Source of the DNA: Thecamonas trahens ATCC 50062
Taxonomy: Eukaryota > Protista > Apusomonadida
Direction: 5' to 3'
DNA: 64,000 nt
Assembly (NCBI RefSeq): GCF_000142905.1
Contig: NW_013657662.1
Coordinates: forward strand, 186,001-250,000
Positions 1 through 11,800 of the stretch are shown here, in pieces. The notes beneath the pieces were generated by a model. The model had not been told where the DNA came from, searched no databases, and saw nothing but the letters and a program-made list of their open reading frames with translations. The translations under genes and the position numbers were made by a program. Position 1 is the stretch's first letter, and every line of letters starts with the position of its first letter.

Positions 1-118
1 GGGCTCGGACAACAGGGGGAGGGGGAGGGGGGGGGGGGGGGGGGGGGGGGCATTGGTGTGACACGAGTCGCACTGCGTGTTTGCGGTGCGGTTGTCGGAA
101 CGACTACCGGTAGGGTTG

Positions 119-1072
119 TTAGGAGAACGACGGCTGCGATGTGGCAACGTTGAGGAGGGCGGCGGTGGCGGCCGAGGGGACGGGGAGCGGGCCATCGAAT
201 GACTCGCGGGCGATGTGCCAGTTGCCGTCGTCATCCTCGCGCCAGTGGACGCGGCGGACGCCGGTGCCGTTCTCGGTCGAGTAAGGACCAGACTGCTGGG
301 CCTCGCGGCCGACATGCTCAAACTGGGCATCACCAAAGGCAAAGTCTGCAACCTCTGAATCGACGACGCCGGTCCAGAAGGCGCGGATACGGGCGCGGCC
401 GACGACGATGGGCATGGGCAGGGCGTCAGCGGGCGGCGGGGCGAGGAGGGCCTCGTCGTTGTAGAGGGCAGCGATTTCTGCGGTGTTTCCGGCCTTGAGC
501 AGAGTAATGAACATGGTGTTGGCCTCCTTGAGGGCAAGGACGGCAGCGTCGGGCGCCTGCGGCTCTGTGGGCTTGGTGCCTGTGGCGGTGGCGGCGGCGT
601 CTGCGCGGTTGGCGACGGGGGTAATAACGCCACAGGCGATGAGCTGCGAGACGTCGATGTGGAGGATGAGCTTGCACATGAGCGGCAGCTGCTGGGTCGG
701 ATCAGCAATGGCCGAGTCCGAGTGCAGCTGGATGGGAACGCGGCAGTTTGTGGCGCCGACCTTCATGCGCTCTAGGTCTGCGATGCGGAGGAGGCCGTCG
801 CCGAGGACAATATCCTTCCGGAGGGTGTTGTGGTCGACGAGCTGAAAGTAGAGGATGTCGTTGCGGCCGACGGTGGCGGAGAAGGCACGGTCATCGCCCT
901 CGCCCCACACGGGCTGGCGCGAGTTGTTAATCCGCTTGGTCTGGTGGACCTCCTTGGCGTTGACCTTGACCACCACGTACGTGTCGGGCGACTTGACAGC
1001 CACATGCTCGTACGGCGTGGCCGCTTGGATTTCGATAAAGACCTTGGCGGAGACCGCTCGTGTTGCGGCCAT
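119..1072 (-). CDS. C2 domain + NTF2/SnoaL-like (DUF4440-type) domain protein
   Basis: ATG at 1072 follows a C-rich leader. N-terminus is C2-like (SPDTYVVVKV..QTKRINNSRQPVW..DHNTLRKDIVLG). C-terminus is SnoaL-like (ANTMF..AGNTAEIAALY..GRARIRAFW..WREDDDGNWHIARE). Confidence 0.75.
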   Translation of the reverse strand: MAATRAVSAKVFIEIQAATPYEHVAVKSPDTYVVVKVNAKEVHQTKRINNSRQPVWGEGDDRAFSATVGRNDILYFQLVDHNTLRKDIVLGDGLLRIADLERMKVGATNCRVPIQLHSDSAIADPTQQLPLMCKLILHIDVSQLIACGVITPVANRADAAATATGTKPTEPQAPDAAVLALKEANTMFITLLKAGNTAEIAALYNDEALLAPPPADALPMPIVVGRARIRAFWTGVVDSEVADFAFGDAQFEHVGREAQQSGPYSTENGTGVRRVHWREDDDGNWHIARESFDGPLPVPSAATAALLNVATSQPSFS

Positions 1073-1527
1073 GGTGACGAGTGACGAGGGGTTGAGGGGG
1101 GAGGGTTGAGGGGGAGGGGAGGAAGGGAAGGGGGAGGGGTGGTCGTGGACCAGGCAGCCAGGCAGCCAGGCGGCCAGGCGGCCGGGCGGTGAAGCGGAGA
1201 GGCGGCCGGGCGGCCAGAGTGGACCACGGGGGGGAGATGAAGTATGGATGCGGAGATTACGGGTGGTGGATGGTGGGGGGTGAGGGTGAGGGTGAGGGAG
1301 GATGCGGTCGGTGACGGGATATGGCGGTCGATCTGAGGGGTGGCGGGTGGTTAGAGACGGGGGAGGGGGAGAAGGGGAGGGGGCATGGCTGTCGGGTGGC
1401 GTCCAACGTGGTTCAGTGGCGGTTGGGGGCATCGGCAAGGGCAGGGAGGGGGAACACTCGACTGAGGCAGCACCGGCTGTAGGTGGGCGGCTGTAGGTGG
1501 GTGGCTGCGACAGTGGGAGGGGTTGGT

Positions 1528-3981
1528 ATGGCTGACTACTTCTTTGACGACTACGTGGCGCCCGAGGCGGGCAAGGGGAAGAGCAAGAGCAAGAGCAAGC
1601 GCAAAGGGAAGGGGAGGGGCAAGGACCCGGGCAAGGTCACCGCAGGCGCAAGAGCAGACGCCGACAGTAGTTGGGCCGCCGCAGCAACAGCTGGTAAGGG
1701 TAAGGGTAAGGCCAAGGGTAAGGCCAAGGCCAAGGCGAGCACATCTTCAGAGTCCCGCATCCAGGCGCAGCCGCCATCGCGCAGAGCCAGCTCGCGCGCG
1801 GGGGGCTCACGCGGCAGCTCGCGGGCAGAGTCGCGGCGATCTGCAAAACACGGCTCAAACAAGTCCGGCGGGCGCGACTCGCCGCCGCGCGACGGACGTG
1901 ACTGGCGGCGGGAGAGCCGAGACAGCGCTGAGAGCGAGGAGGCGCCGGCGGCGCGACGGCAGCGCGGTCCGGTCACCTCGGTCTCGCGCGAGTCTGTCGC
2001 CGATGAGCCGCTGCGGTTTGTACTTTCGCGGGCGCCGCCGCCGCCGCGGCCGGCTTCGACCCATACGTTTGCGCCGCCGGTCGGTGAGCCCGAGCCCGCA
2101 TCTGTGGATCCCAAGGCGACTGACGCCGAGATCCGCGGTGGGCTGAGTCTTGCGCTCGAAATCCGCCGCGCGGCAACCGCCGCGCTTGATGCTGCGCTTC
2201 TGGACGACGCTGCTAACGTCGAAAAGTCTGAGCTCGACATCTTTGTTCAGCGCTCGTTTGTCGAGTTTCGGACCGAGACAACCGAGGGCAAGAGCCTCAT
2301 GGCTCAGCTGAAGAACAAGCGCAAGCTGTTCAAAGTCCAGGTCGCACGCCGCGCGTTGGCGTGGCGCATGCCGCCGCGCGACCTCGCCGCCGAGGTGGAG
2401 GCTGTCAACCTTGGCAAGCTCCGCCTCGGTGCCGACGACGCTGACACCGCTGCCATGCGCGAGCTGGCCTTTCTCCAGCGCGCTGTCGCTCTACACGAGG
2501 ACAAGATCCTGTCGCGCTTCTGCCGCTGGCTTGTCGGGGCCAAGGAGCGCCGCGTCTCGGTCGCACGCGTCGTCTCCATCGTCGGTCCGCTCGTCCGCTC
2601 GGTTCCGCCCGAGCTAGTCTCGGTCTCTCTCGCATCACCTCTCTTTGCCCGCTCGCGGACCGGCCTCAAGGGCGCGGACGAGGCCTTCGCTGCAAAAAAA
2701 GCTCGCGAAGAAGAGGAGGCCAAGGCGTGTACGTTCAAGCCGGCCATCTCGGACAAATCGCGCGAGATAGCTCGCATCCGTGCCGCCGCGCCGACTGGCG
2801 ACGCTCCGGCCCGCGTCGCACCCGCTGCCTCCATCTTTGATCGTCTCTACCCGGGCTCGGCCGTCGCGACAGGCAGCTCGTCGCGCGAGCTGCTCGCCAT
2901 GACGCCAAAGGCACTGCGTGGTATGTCCAAGCTCCAGCTCGCCGACATGCTCTCGTTCTTGCGGCGTGCGCTCGACAAGCGCCGCCACAGGCGCGAGCAT
3001 CTCGAGCACCTCGTTCTCGTCAAGTCGGAGGCCCGCAAGCATGGCGCTGAGCTGGCCAAACTCCGCGACGAGTGCGACCATGTCACAAAGCTTGTCGCCG
3101 TCGCCGAGGACCTCTACTCGTCGCGCTCGCCTATGAGCAAATCTGCACCTGGCGCCGACCCCGCCTCTCGTGTCCGCCCGCACCACCCGGCGCCCGAAAT
3201 CACCATCCAGCCGCAGCTCGCGCCCGAAGACGACTACACCGACTGCTCGTCTTCGGACTCGGCCGGGCCCGAGCCCGAGCCGTGGAAGCCTGAGCCATGG
3301 CGGCCCGACTCGCGCTATGAGGGCATTCTCGATCCAGCCCGCGTCCATCCGCGCCACGCTCGTCGAGACGATGATGCGTATGAGAGGGACAGCGGTGCCT
3401 ATTATGAGGGCGACGGCGCGTATTATGAGGACGACGAAGGCGCGTATTATGAGGACGACGAAGGCGCGTACGGCGAGGACGACGAAGGCGCGTACGGCGA
3501 GGACGACGAAGGCGCGTACGGCGAGGACGATGAAGGCGTGTATTATGAGGACAAAGGCGCGTACGGCGAGGACGACGGCGACTCTGGCAACCACTACAAA
3601 GATGCGGGGTATGGCGACGACGGCGAGCGCTATGACGACGAGCGCTACGAGTACGACGACCCCTACTACAACAGCGACCAGGGCTACGACAGCAACCACG
3701 ACGTTGACGCCGAGGCTGGTGTCTACTATGACGACGGCGATGACGATGGCAGCTACTACGGCGACGACGAGCGCCCAGGCCCGGGAAGGCTGTCGGTGCA
3801 CGTGCGGCCCGACCTCCCGTCGCCCGCCCAAGCCCTCGGCGAGTTTCGTCACATTCCGGCGCCGTCGCGACGATCGCCGTCGACGCAGCACTCGCCACAA
3901 CCTCCTGGTTACGACCACACCTCGCCGCCGCTCAATCGCCATGCCGTCGTTCCGCCCATTCCGCATAGACGTGGCTACTGA
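1528..3981 (+). CDS. Hypothetical protein with Lys/Ser-rich N-terminus, CTFKP/IFDRLY motif, coiled coil and acidic Tyr-rich repeat
   Basis: Long ORF from ATG 1528 (MADYFF) with GC3-rich codons. Contains EEEAKACTFKPAIS..SIFDRLY. Confidence 0.7.
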   Translation: MADYFFDDYVAPEAGKGKSKSKSKRKGKGRGKDPGKVTAGARADADSSWAAAATAGKGKGKAKGKAKAKASTSSESRIQAQPPSRRASSRAGGSRGSSRAESRRSAKHGSNKSGGRDSPPRDGRDWRRESRDSAESEEAPAARRQRGPVTSVSRESVADEPLRFVLSRAPPPPRPASTHTFAPPVGEPEPASVDPKATDAEIRGGLSLALEIRRAATAALDAALLDDAANVEKSELDIFVQRSFVEFRTETTEGKSLMAQLKNKRKLFKVQVARRALAWRMPPRDLAAEVEAVNLGKLRLGADDADTAAMRELAFLQRAVALHEDKILSRFCRWLVGAKERRVSVARVVSIVGPLVRSVPPELVSVSLASPLFARSRTGLKGADEAFAAKKAREEEEAKACTFKPAISDKSREIARIRAAAPTGDAPARVAPAASIFDRLYPGSAVATGSSSRELLAMTPKALRGMSKLQLADMLSFLRRALDKRRHRREHLEHLVLVKSEARKHGAELAKLRDECDHVTKLVAVAEDLYSSRSPMSKSAPGADPASRVRPHHPAPEITIQPQLAPEDDYTDCSSSDSAGPEPEPWKPEPWRPDSRYEGILDPARVHPRHARRDDDAYERDSGAYYEGDGAYYEDDEGAYYEDDEGAYGEDDEGAYGEDDEGAYGEDDEGVYYEDKGAYGEDDGDSGNHYKDAGYGDDGERYDDERYEYDDPYYNSDQGYDSNHDVDAEAGVYYDDGDDDGSYYGDDERPGPGRLSVHVRPDLPSPAQALGEFRHIPAPSRRSPSTQHSPQPPGYDHTSPPLNRHAVVPPIPHRRGY
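3400..3580 (+). repeat. Coding 24-nt tandem repeat (Y[YG]EDDEGA), about 6-7 units
   Basis: Repeated tattatgaggacgacgaaggcgcg / tacggcgaggacgacgaaggcgcg. Confidence 0.9.
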
Positions 3982-4468
3982 CGGCTGGAGAGCGCTCAGG
4001 ATCGGGATGGGGATAAAGTTAAAGTCACCGCGCGTTCTTCGCTCCAGTACTTTCTGCACCTTACGGTGGCAAACTCTCATCCCATCGTCTCATGCAGCCA
4101 AACACTCTGACCTAAGCTCGTGCTTGGTCCGGCCGTCCGATGGCTGCGGAAAAGGCGTTCGAAACACAGTCAAATTTGCGATCGCTTTGATCATCGCTTT
4201 CTGTCCCCACCCCCCCTCCCCTCTGAGCCCATCTCCTTGCCACGAACCATTCTCATCCTCATCCACGCCGTAGAAGCAGATAACGCCATTGTTAGCGCGA
4301 CCACCACCACACATCCACACATCAGGCGACGCACACCATCACTGATCTGTGCCCTCCTCGCCATCGCCGACCAGCGTCACCCATGCGAACCGGCCAAGTC
4401 GGCGAGCAAGAGCGACACCGGCGAGTTGACAGTCGGCTGGCCACTGCTCTTCTCGCGACGTGGTGTGC

Positions 4469-5208
4469 ATGGAGGGAGGACAGCAGCCAGGACCAGCACG
4501 TCCTGCACCCGAGTCTACACCTGTGTCTGGGCTGGGCCCAAGTCCTGCCGGAGCCCTGCAGGCTCGTCCGCCGCCGCCGCCGCCGCCGCACCTCAGCCAT
4601 GGCAGCCGCGACCATGGGCGCGACCGGCGCGACCGGGACCGGGGCGATAGGGACCGGGGCGACCGGGATCGTGGTCGGGACTATGGGCGGGACCGGGACT
4701 ATGGGCGGGACCGGGACTATGGGCGGGACCGGGACTATGGGCGGGACCGGGACTATGGGCGGGACCGCGGAGGCTATCGTCGTGATCGGGGCGGCGACCG
4801 AGGCGGCGACCGTGGCGGCGACCGTGGCGGCGACCGGGGCGGCGACCGAGGCAGTGGTGGGTTTAGGGGTGGCAGCCACGGTGGCGGTGGGTTTGGCGGT
4901 GGTTATGGTGGCGGTGGCCTCGGTGGTGGCGGGTACGGAGCTGGTGACCGGAGCGGCGGGTACGGCGGCCAAGGATTCGGCGGACGTGGACGAGGGCCGG
5001 GGCAGGGCCGGGGAGGGGGCCGGGGACGTGGGCGCGGTCAGCGCCTCGATCGCTACACCGCCGAGCAGCGCGAGCACCAGCGGGCCCAGCTCCGCGGGCG
5101 CCCGGTCGCGATGTGGGCTCACTCGCCGTCGCCAACACCGCTTCCGAGCCCACCGCCCGAGTCTGACCACGATTCAAACTCCAACACGGGCGCCAACCCG
5201 AGTGCTAA

Positions 5209-5248
<40 letters not shown>

Positions 5249-5785
5249 CAGTCGCGGTCGCGGTCGCGGTCGCGATCACACCGGTCGCGAAAGAGCAGAC
5301 ACCGCAAGTCGCATCGGTCGCGGCGGCAGCGCCGCAGCGCCCGATCCCACTCTGGCTCCGACTCGGGCTCGGGTTCTGGCACGGGCACGGGCCCAGGGCA
5401 AGGTGAGCGCCGGGTTGTCGGCCCGCAGCGACCAACGACACGCAAAACGCAGCTAACGGCACGCGACCTGGGCAAGGCGCTGTTGCCGGGCGAGGGCATG
5501 GCCATGGCGTCGTACGTCGAGCAGAACAAGCGCATTCCGCGGCGCGGAGAGCTGATGAGCTCCGAGGAGATCGCCAAGTTTGAGGCCGAGGGCTTTGTCA
5601 TGTCCGGCTCGCGCCACCGCCGGATGAACGCCGTCCGTGTGCGCAAGGAGTCACAGATCTACTCGGCAGCAGAGAAGGCCGCCATGGCCCAGTTCAACTA
5701 TGAGGCCCAGAAGGAGCGCGAGCGCCAGATCCAGGCCTCGCTCAAGCAGCTTGTGGCCAAGAAGACCCGTGCCCTCGACGAGTAA
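4469..5785 (+). CDS. NKAP: NKAP (NF-kB-activating protein / MAS2) family splicing-associated protein with RD/RG/RS-rich N-terminus
   Basis: C-terminal [23 protein letters not shown]...[34 protein letters not shown] matches the NKAP C-terminal (DUF926) signature. Start codon uncertain. Confidence 0.88.
4676..4768 (+). repeat. Coding 18-nt tandem repeat (RDYGRD) x5
   Basis: cgggactatgggcgggac repeated. Confidence 0.9.
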
Positions 5786-5874
5786 CACCCTCTCGCCCCG
5801 TCCCGTGTCCACCTCCCCCCTCCCCCCCCTCCCCCCCTCCGCCCCACCACCCCTCTCACCACAGGCAAAGTGCA

Positions 5875-6046
5875 ATGAGCACAGCCGAGACTGCGGGCGA
5901 CCTCTCGCGCAAGCGCCGCCGCAGCAACGAGGCCGAGGCCGGGGCCGGGGCCGGGGCCGGGGCCGGGGCCGGGGCCGGGGCCAGTGGCGAGCCAGGCCCT
6001 CCGCGGCGGCGGCGGAAGCGGTCGCGGTGGGACGCCGAGGGGAGCA

Positions 6047-6083
<37 letters not shown>

Positions 6084-6886
6084 AATGGGGAAGACGGCGA
6101 GCTCTGCGGCACTTGCTGCGAGTACGCCCAGTGGTGCTTCTACCGCTGCGGCGGGAACAGGAGCCGCCGCATCGGGCGGGCTGGCTGTCGAGGCGGTGAC
6201 GCTCGACGTGGTGGTGGCGGTGACGGGCGTGTCGACGCGGACGGCGGCAGAGAGCCTGGTGGCGCTAGTGGAGACGCTCGCTGGACGGGTGGTCGGCTGG
6301 GCGGCAGCGATGGAGCCGATGCTTGGCGTGCACAAGGGCCACATCTTTGTCTGCTTTGCCGATCCGGCGTCGGTTGCTGTGGCGCTATCCAAGGTCCACG
6401 GCTTTGTCCTCGACGGCGCCACCCTCGCTGTCTCGACCCATATCTCGTCGCTCGGCCCGCGCTACCCGCGCGGCGCGCCCAACGCGCCGTCGATGGTAGC
6501 CAACAGGGTGTATGTCGGCGGCCTGGCTGAGCAGATCACCGCTGCGGACGTCCAGGACCTACTGGAGCCGTTCGGCCCACTGCGTTCAGTTCACCTTGTC
6601 GAAGCCAAGCGCCCGCCGGCCATCCCTGGTCGCCCACTTCCGCCGGCGCCGCCGCCAGGCGCCCACGCTGGCTTTGCCTTTGTCGAGTTTGCCATCGCTG
6701 GCTGCGTCCCCGCTACCATCGCCGGCCTCAACGGCATGGATCTCGTTGGCAAGCCGCTCACCCTCGCCCCAGCCGCCACCCTCACCCACGCCCCCACTCC
6801 ATCTGTTCGTTACATCTCACCGGCCTTTGCCCCCTGGGTCGCGCCCACCGCTGCCGCGCCTGCGGCTGCCGCGCCGGCCCCAGCGC
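5875..6886 (+). CDS. RRM splicing factor, U2AF65/PUF60-like; truncated by assembly gap
   Basis: KRSRWD motif, a degenerate first RRM, then NRVYVGGL..VQDLLEPFGPLRSVHLV..HAGFAFVEF..IAGLNGMDL (RNP2/RNP1). Runs into Ns. Confidence 0.7.
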
Positions 6887-7821
6887 NNNNNNNNNNNNNN
6901 NNNNNNNNNNNNNNNNNNNNNNNNNNNNNNNNNNNNNNNNNNNNNNNNNNNNNNNNNNNNNNNNNNNNNNNNNNNNNNNNNNNNNNNNNNNNNNNNNNNN
7001 NNNNNNNNNNNNNNNNNNNNNNNNNNNNNNNNNNNNNNNNNNNNNNNNNNNNNNNNNNNNNNNNNNNNNNNNNNNNNNNNNNNNNNNNNNNNNNNNNNNN
7101 NNNNNNNNNNNNNNNNNNNNNNNNNNNNNNNNNNNNNNNNNNNNNNNNNNNNNNNNNNNNNNNNNNNNNNNNNNNNNNNNNNNNNNNNNNNNNNNNNNNN
7201 NNNNNNNNNNNNNNNNNNNNNNNNNNNNNNNNNNNNNNNNNNNNNNNNNNNNNNNNNNNNNNNNNNNNNNNNNNNNNNNNNNNNNNNNNNNNNNNNNNNN
7301 NNNNNNNNNNNNNNNNNNNNNNNNNNNNNNNNNNNNNNNNNNNNNNNNNNNNNNNNNNNNNNNNNNNNNNNNNNNNNNNNNNNNNNNNNNNNNNNNNNNN
7401 NNNNNNNNNNNNNNNNNNNNNNNNNNNNNNNNNNNNNNNNNNNNNNNNNNNNNNNNNNNNNNNNNNNNNNNNNNNNNNNNNNNNNNNNNNNNNNNNNNNN
7501 NNNNNNNNNNNNNNNNNNNNNNNNNNNNNNNNNNNNNNNNNNNNNNNNNNNNNNNNNNNNNNNNNNNNNNNNNNNNNNNNNNNNNNNNNNNNNNNNNNNN
7601 NNNNNNNNNNNNNNNNNNNNNNNNNNNNNNNNNNNNNNNNNNNNNNNNNNNNNNNNNNNNNNNNNNNNNNNNNNNNNNNNNNNNNNNNNNNNNNNNNNNN
7701 NNNNNNNNNNNNNNNNNNNNNNNNNNNNNNNNNNNNNNNNNNNNNNNNNNNNNNNNNNNNNNNNNNNNNNNNNNNNNNNNNNNNNNNNNNNNNNNNNNNN
7801 NNNNNNNNNNNNNNNNNNNNN
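6887..7821. other. Assembly gap (N run)
   Basis: 935 N. Confidence 1.
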
Positions 7822-8425
7822 AGACGCCTCGCGCTCACGCTCGCGCTCTGGCCGCGTGCTCAAAAAGTCGTCGCGCCTCGATGGCGCCATCGACATTGAT
7901 CTTGTCATCAAGGAAGTCGAGGGCCGCGACACTCTGCCCAAGCCGCGGAAGCGTAAGCGTTCGCGCGGCTCCACCTCCAGCTCGCCTGCCGTCCAATCGC
8001 CGATGGCATCTGGCGCGCCCACTCCCATCCCATCAGCCACAGCCTCTTTTGCTGTGCATGCACCGGCCGCGCCAGCTCAGGTCCCAGTCGCCACGGCAGC
8101 TACCGGCTCGGCCTTCACCGCCTCCGTCCAGCAGCACCCGCCCAAGAAGCACAAGCCGCTCAGCACTGTGCCGGCTCCCGCGTCACCGGTCATCAGTCCG
8201 CCCAACCCCAACCTCACCCCGGCAGCCATAAGGCGTGCACCCATCGCTGCCGCCGGCCCGAATGCCGCCGCCACCGCCGTCGCCGCTCCGCTGCCTGCCC
8301 CCGTGCCGGCACCACTTGCCTCTCCTGCGCTCGTGCCTGAGCCCCTCCAGCCCGCCACCCACACGTCGCCGCCACTCATGGTGCCCCAGCCGCTCCAGCC
8401 GCCGCCCGGCTCGGCCGTCCTGTAA
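7822..8425 (+). CDS. 3' part of a Pro/Ala-rich protein with NLS-like KPRKRKRS; 5' end lies in the gap
   Basis: Open frame from the gap to TAA 8425 with coding-like codons. May or may not belong to the RRM gene. Confidence 0.45.
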
Positions 8426-8806
8426 TCGCCTGCTCGCGCGCTGGCCAACATCCTCATCAAAGTACCAGTCGCGCGCTTGTCCATTCACCGGTGTTCCTGG
8501 GCCGACTGCCGACCCGTGTGCCGCCTTCCACGTGACCGGTCGACCCACCCCACCCCACCCCCACCCCCCCATCCCCTCCCCATGCAGCCGACACCATCCA
8601 CCCCCCACCCATCCCTTCCCTCGCCGCTCACTCCGTCTACCCTCGCGGCGCCCTATGCCGCACCCGAGGCTCCCCCGGGCGCTGCCGTCGCCCTCCGTCC
8701 GGTCGCCGTGTTCTCTGCCGCCGCCGACCCCGACTCGGAGCCCGCCCCCCCCCACGCTGCCCTCTCACTGCCACAAACAGCATCGCCGGCAGAGTCGGAC
8801 GATGAC

Positions 8807-11800
8807 ATGGTTCTGGATCTGGTGTGGGACGGGGACTCGCCCAGGGATCACGACGCGCTCTCGCCGCTGCTGGTGGTCGGCGACGGTTCGGCTGACGACG
8901 ACGACGACGAGCTGACCGGCTTTGCGTCGCGCGGACGCAGCTCCCGGTCCCGACGTTGTCACCCCACCCGCTGCCTCTCCTCGCGCCGCGGCAAGGGCAT
9001 AGCCTGCGCTGGCGCCGCGGTCCTTCTCCTCATCATCTACCTGATTCTAGTTGCAGTCCAACTGGCGTCGCTGGCACGGCTCGATGCATCGGTGTCCGGC
9101 CAGGTCCGCGCCGACCAGTGCAGCGATCCAGACGCCATCCCATTCGCGCTCGCGCTCACCCTCGACTCACCGTCTTGGTTTACTGCCAGCCTTGACGCCA
9201 CCCGGGTCGACATCCGAGCCGCATCTTCGGGCACTGTCCTTGCCTCGGTCGCGCTCCCGCACACCACCATCCGCTACGGCCGCCACACCGCGCCACTCGC
9301 ATCCAAACTCGCCTTTAATCACCAGGCACTACAACATGCCGCTGACTTGGCGTCGGTTCTGGCACGGCGTGCGTTCAATGCGTCCTACGCCGCTGCCCAC
9401 ACGCCGCCGAGCCTCATCCTCGACGCCAAGCTCACCATCCGTGCCCCGGCACTGCTCAGCATTCCGATATCGCACACTCTCCACCAAGCCGTCGTTCTCC
9501 AGCCACCGCCGCCGCCACCGTTGTCGCCCTCTGGCGCCGCCACCCAGCCACCGCCACCGCCCATGATCACCCTCACCGGTGCAGAGCTTGGTGAGAGCAC
9601 TTTCTCGGCCCATTTTAAGCTGCATGCTCCGGCCACTATCCAGCTGACGGTGCTGACGCCGCCGCTGGACGTTGTCGTAGCGGCAGGCGGCGCAGATGGC
9701 ACGGGCGGCCCGGACGACGCTCCCCAGCTTGTGGCCGTCCACGCTTCACCGACACGCTGGGGCGAGACAGCCAGCTTGCGCGGCCCGGCGCCGCTCCAGC
9801 TCGACCTAGAGGTCGCACGCACGCCATCAGCCGCGACAGCGCTCTCGCAGCTGCTCGCCGACGTACTCCAGCCATCAACCCACCGTGCGTATGCTCCGGC
9901 CCTGGCGCTGATCGGTGCCAATCCAGGAACGGACGCCCCGTGTCTCTTGCAGACGCTCCTCAACCGACTTCATCTCGACCTTCCCCAGTCGTCAGCCTTT
10001 GCACCGGAGCGCGACTGGCTCTCGCCTCTCATCAACGGCTCAGCGTTGGACCCATCTGTTGCTGACGGAACGACACACAACGCGCCGCTCGCCGGCAAGA
10101 TTCTGGACGTTCTGATGGCAACCACCGACGGGTCAACGGTGGTTGTCCAGGCTCTGGTCAACGCTTCGGCCGTGACAGGCTCTTCCCTGGACGTCGGCAT
10201 CATCGGAATGCCATCGTTCGAGGCCTCGCTCTACCTCACGCCAGGCGTTGACCTCCCGCCTACAGTCGTCGCTGACTTGCCGGGCGGATTGGCTGCGCCA
10301 CTGGGCACACTCAGGCTCTCAGCAGTTGCGACTAACGAGTTGATTAGAGTCTCAGCAGCAGTTACCATCGACTCGATGCCGCTGCTTCAGGCTCTTGTGC
10401 TCCCTGCGCTCCCCCTGTGGGAGGTGGACGATGTGCCGCAGCATCTCTTCACCAACCCGCTCTTTGCCCTCCGCGAGTTTGCCGATAGCCCGGACGGCCG
10501 TCCGCTGTACGGACTCGGCGCCCGGCTGGTGCCGTCAGCATCGCCGCAGGCCTCGATCTGGTCGCGTCTCGCGACAGAGTTGCGCTTGGAGGGGCTTGCA
10601 CCTTCGGCGACGTGGTTTGCCGAGCTTCCGCCGCCGCCACCGGGTGCACCGCCGCTGTTTGAGATTGCCTCGACGGTGGCGACCATTGACGGACCGCTGC
10701 TGAGCGGAACCGCAACATGCCGCCTCGCGATCCCGCACGTGCTCGATGGCGTGGTTGTTCGCGCCGCGCTCCCTCAGATGGACGCTGCAGTGGTGGCGAC
10801 GTCGGATGAGAGCCTGGCACCGAGCCTGGCACCGGCGCTGCACGGCCGGTCTGACGCGGACGTGGTTGTACTCTCGACCGGACCGGTGTCTGTTCACGGC
10901 GCAGTTGACGTGGTTTCGTCGACGATGGCGGCGTCGGCGCTCTCGCAGTGGATGGGCGGCGGCATTGTGCCTGTCTTTGCACGAGTCGCCCACTCTGCCC
11001 CGGGTCATCTCCCATCTGTCTTCCACGCCCTCCTCTCGGGTATTCGGTGGCGATACACGTTGGGCAGCGCGAGCTCGCTGTACGAGCTGCGAAAGGTTTA
11101 CGTGGCGCCGATTACGGACATTGCCATCGTGACACTCAAGCCACAGCTCTGGCTCGGCCTCGAGTGGTTGCATCTCTCGCTGACGGTGCCGGGTGTGACC
11201 GACCTTCCGGTCTGGCTGGTCGATGCCGATGCAGAGGTGGCGCAGATTGCGTGGTCGGCCTTCACCGTTGCGTCCGACGCAGTCAACACCATGGACATCT
11301 ATGCGTTTGCCTCCAACGTACCGCTGCTTGGCGAAGCTGTGGCCAGCCTCGATCTCGAGGTCGTTGTCCGCCCGCCGCCGACCACTGCCGCCGACTCGTT
11401 TATCACCGCCCTGCTCGCCGGCGTGCGGGTGGACCCGGTCCAGTCCGGGAGCGGCGACGGGCTCGCATCCCTGGTCGACGACATTGTGTTTGCCGGCGCT
11501 GACCCTGCGAGTCCGGCATCATCGTTTGTAGTCACCTCGGGCCTCGTCCTTTCCAACAACGTGGTCGAGATGACTGTGCCACCGGTTGCGCTGCGCGTTG
11601 TCGCTAGCGGGGCGAGCGGCGGTGCACGCGGGACGCTGCTCACTCTTGCATCGGCGCCGATTGCGATCCAGACTGGGCAAGATAAGGTGAGCCTTATCGG
11701 GCGTGTGGCACCAACGCGTAACGCGACGCTTCTGCGCGAGCTCGGGAGCGAGGTGCTGAAGCTTGGCAACGGCGAGGCTGCTGCTGGGCTGACGGCCGAG

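Noticed and set aside
1-52. G-rich tract at the window start as a telomere
   Set aside because: No repeated telomeric unit; it matches the poly-G tracts common in introns and intergenic DNA here.
3400-3580. Regular 24-nt repeats resembling a CRISPR array
   Set aside because: No unique spacers, the repeat is in-frame coding, the context is eukaryotic and no cas genes are present.
2635-4273. Many long antisense or alternative-frame ORFs (e.g. 2635-4080, 3170-4273, 11837-13081, 55792-56991)
   Set aside because: Shadow ORFs expected from high GC3 and stop-codon scarcity; they carry no domain motifs.
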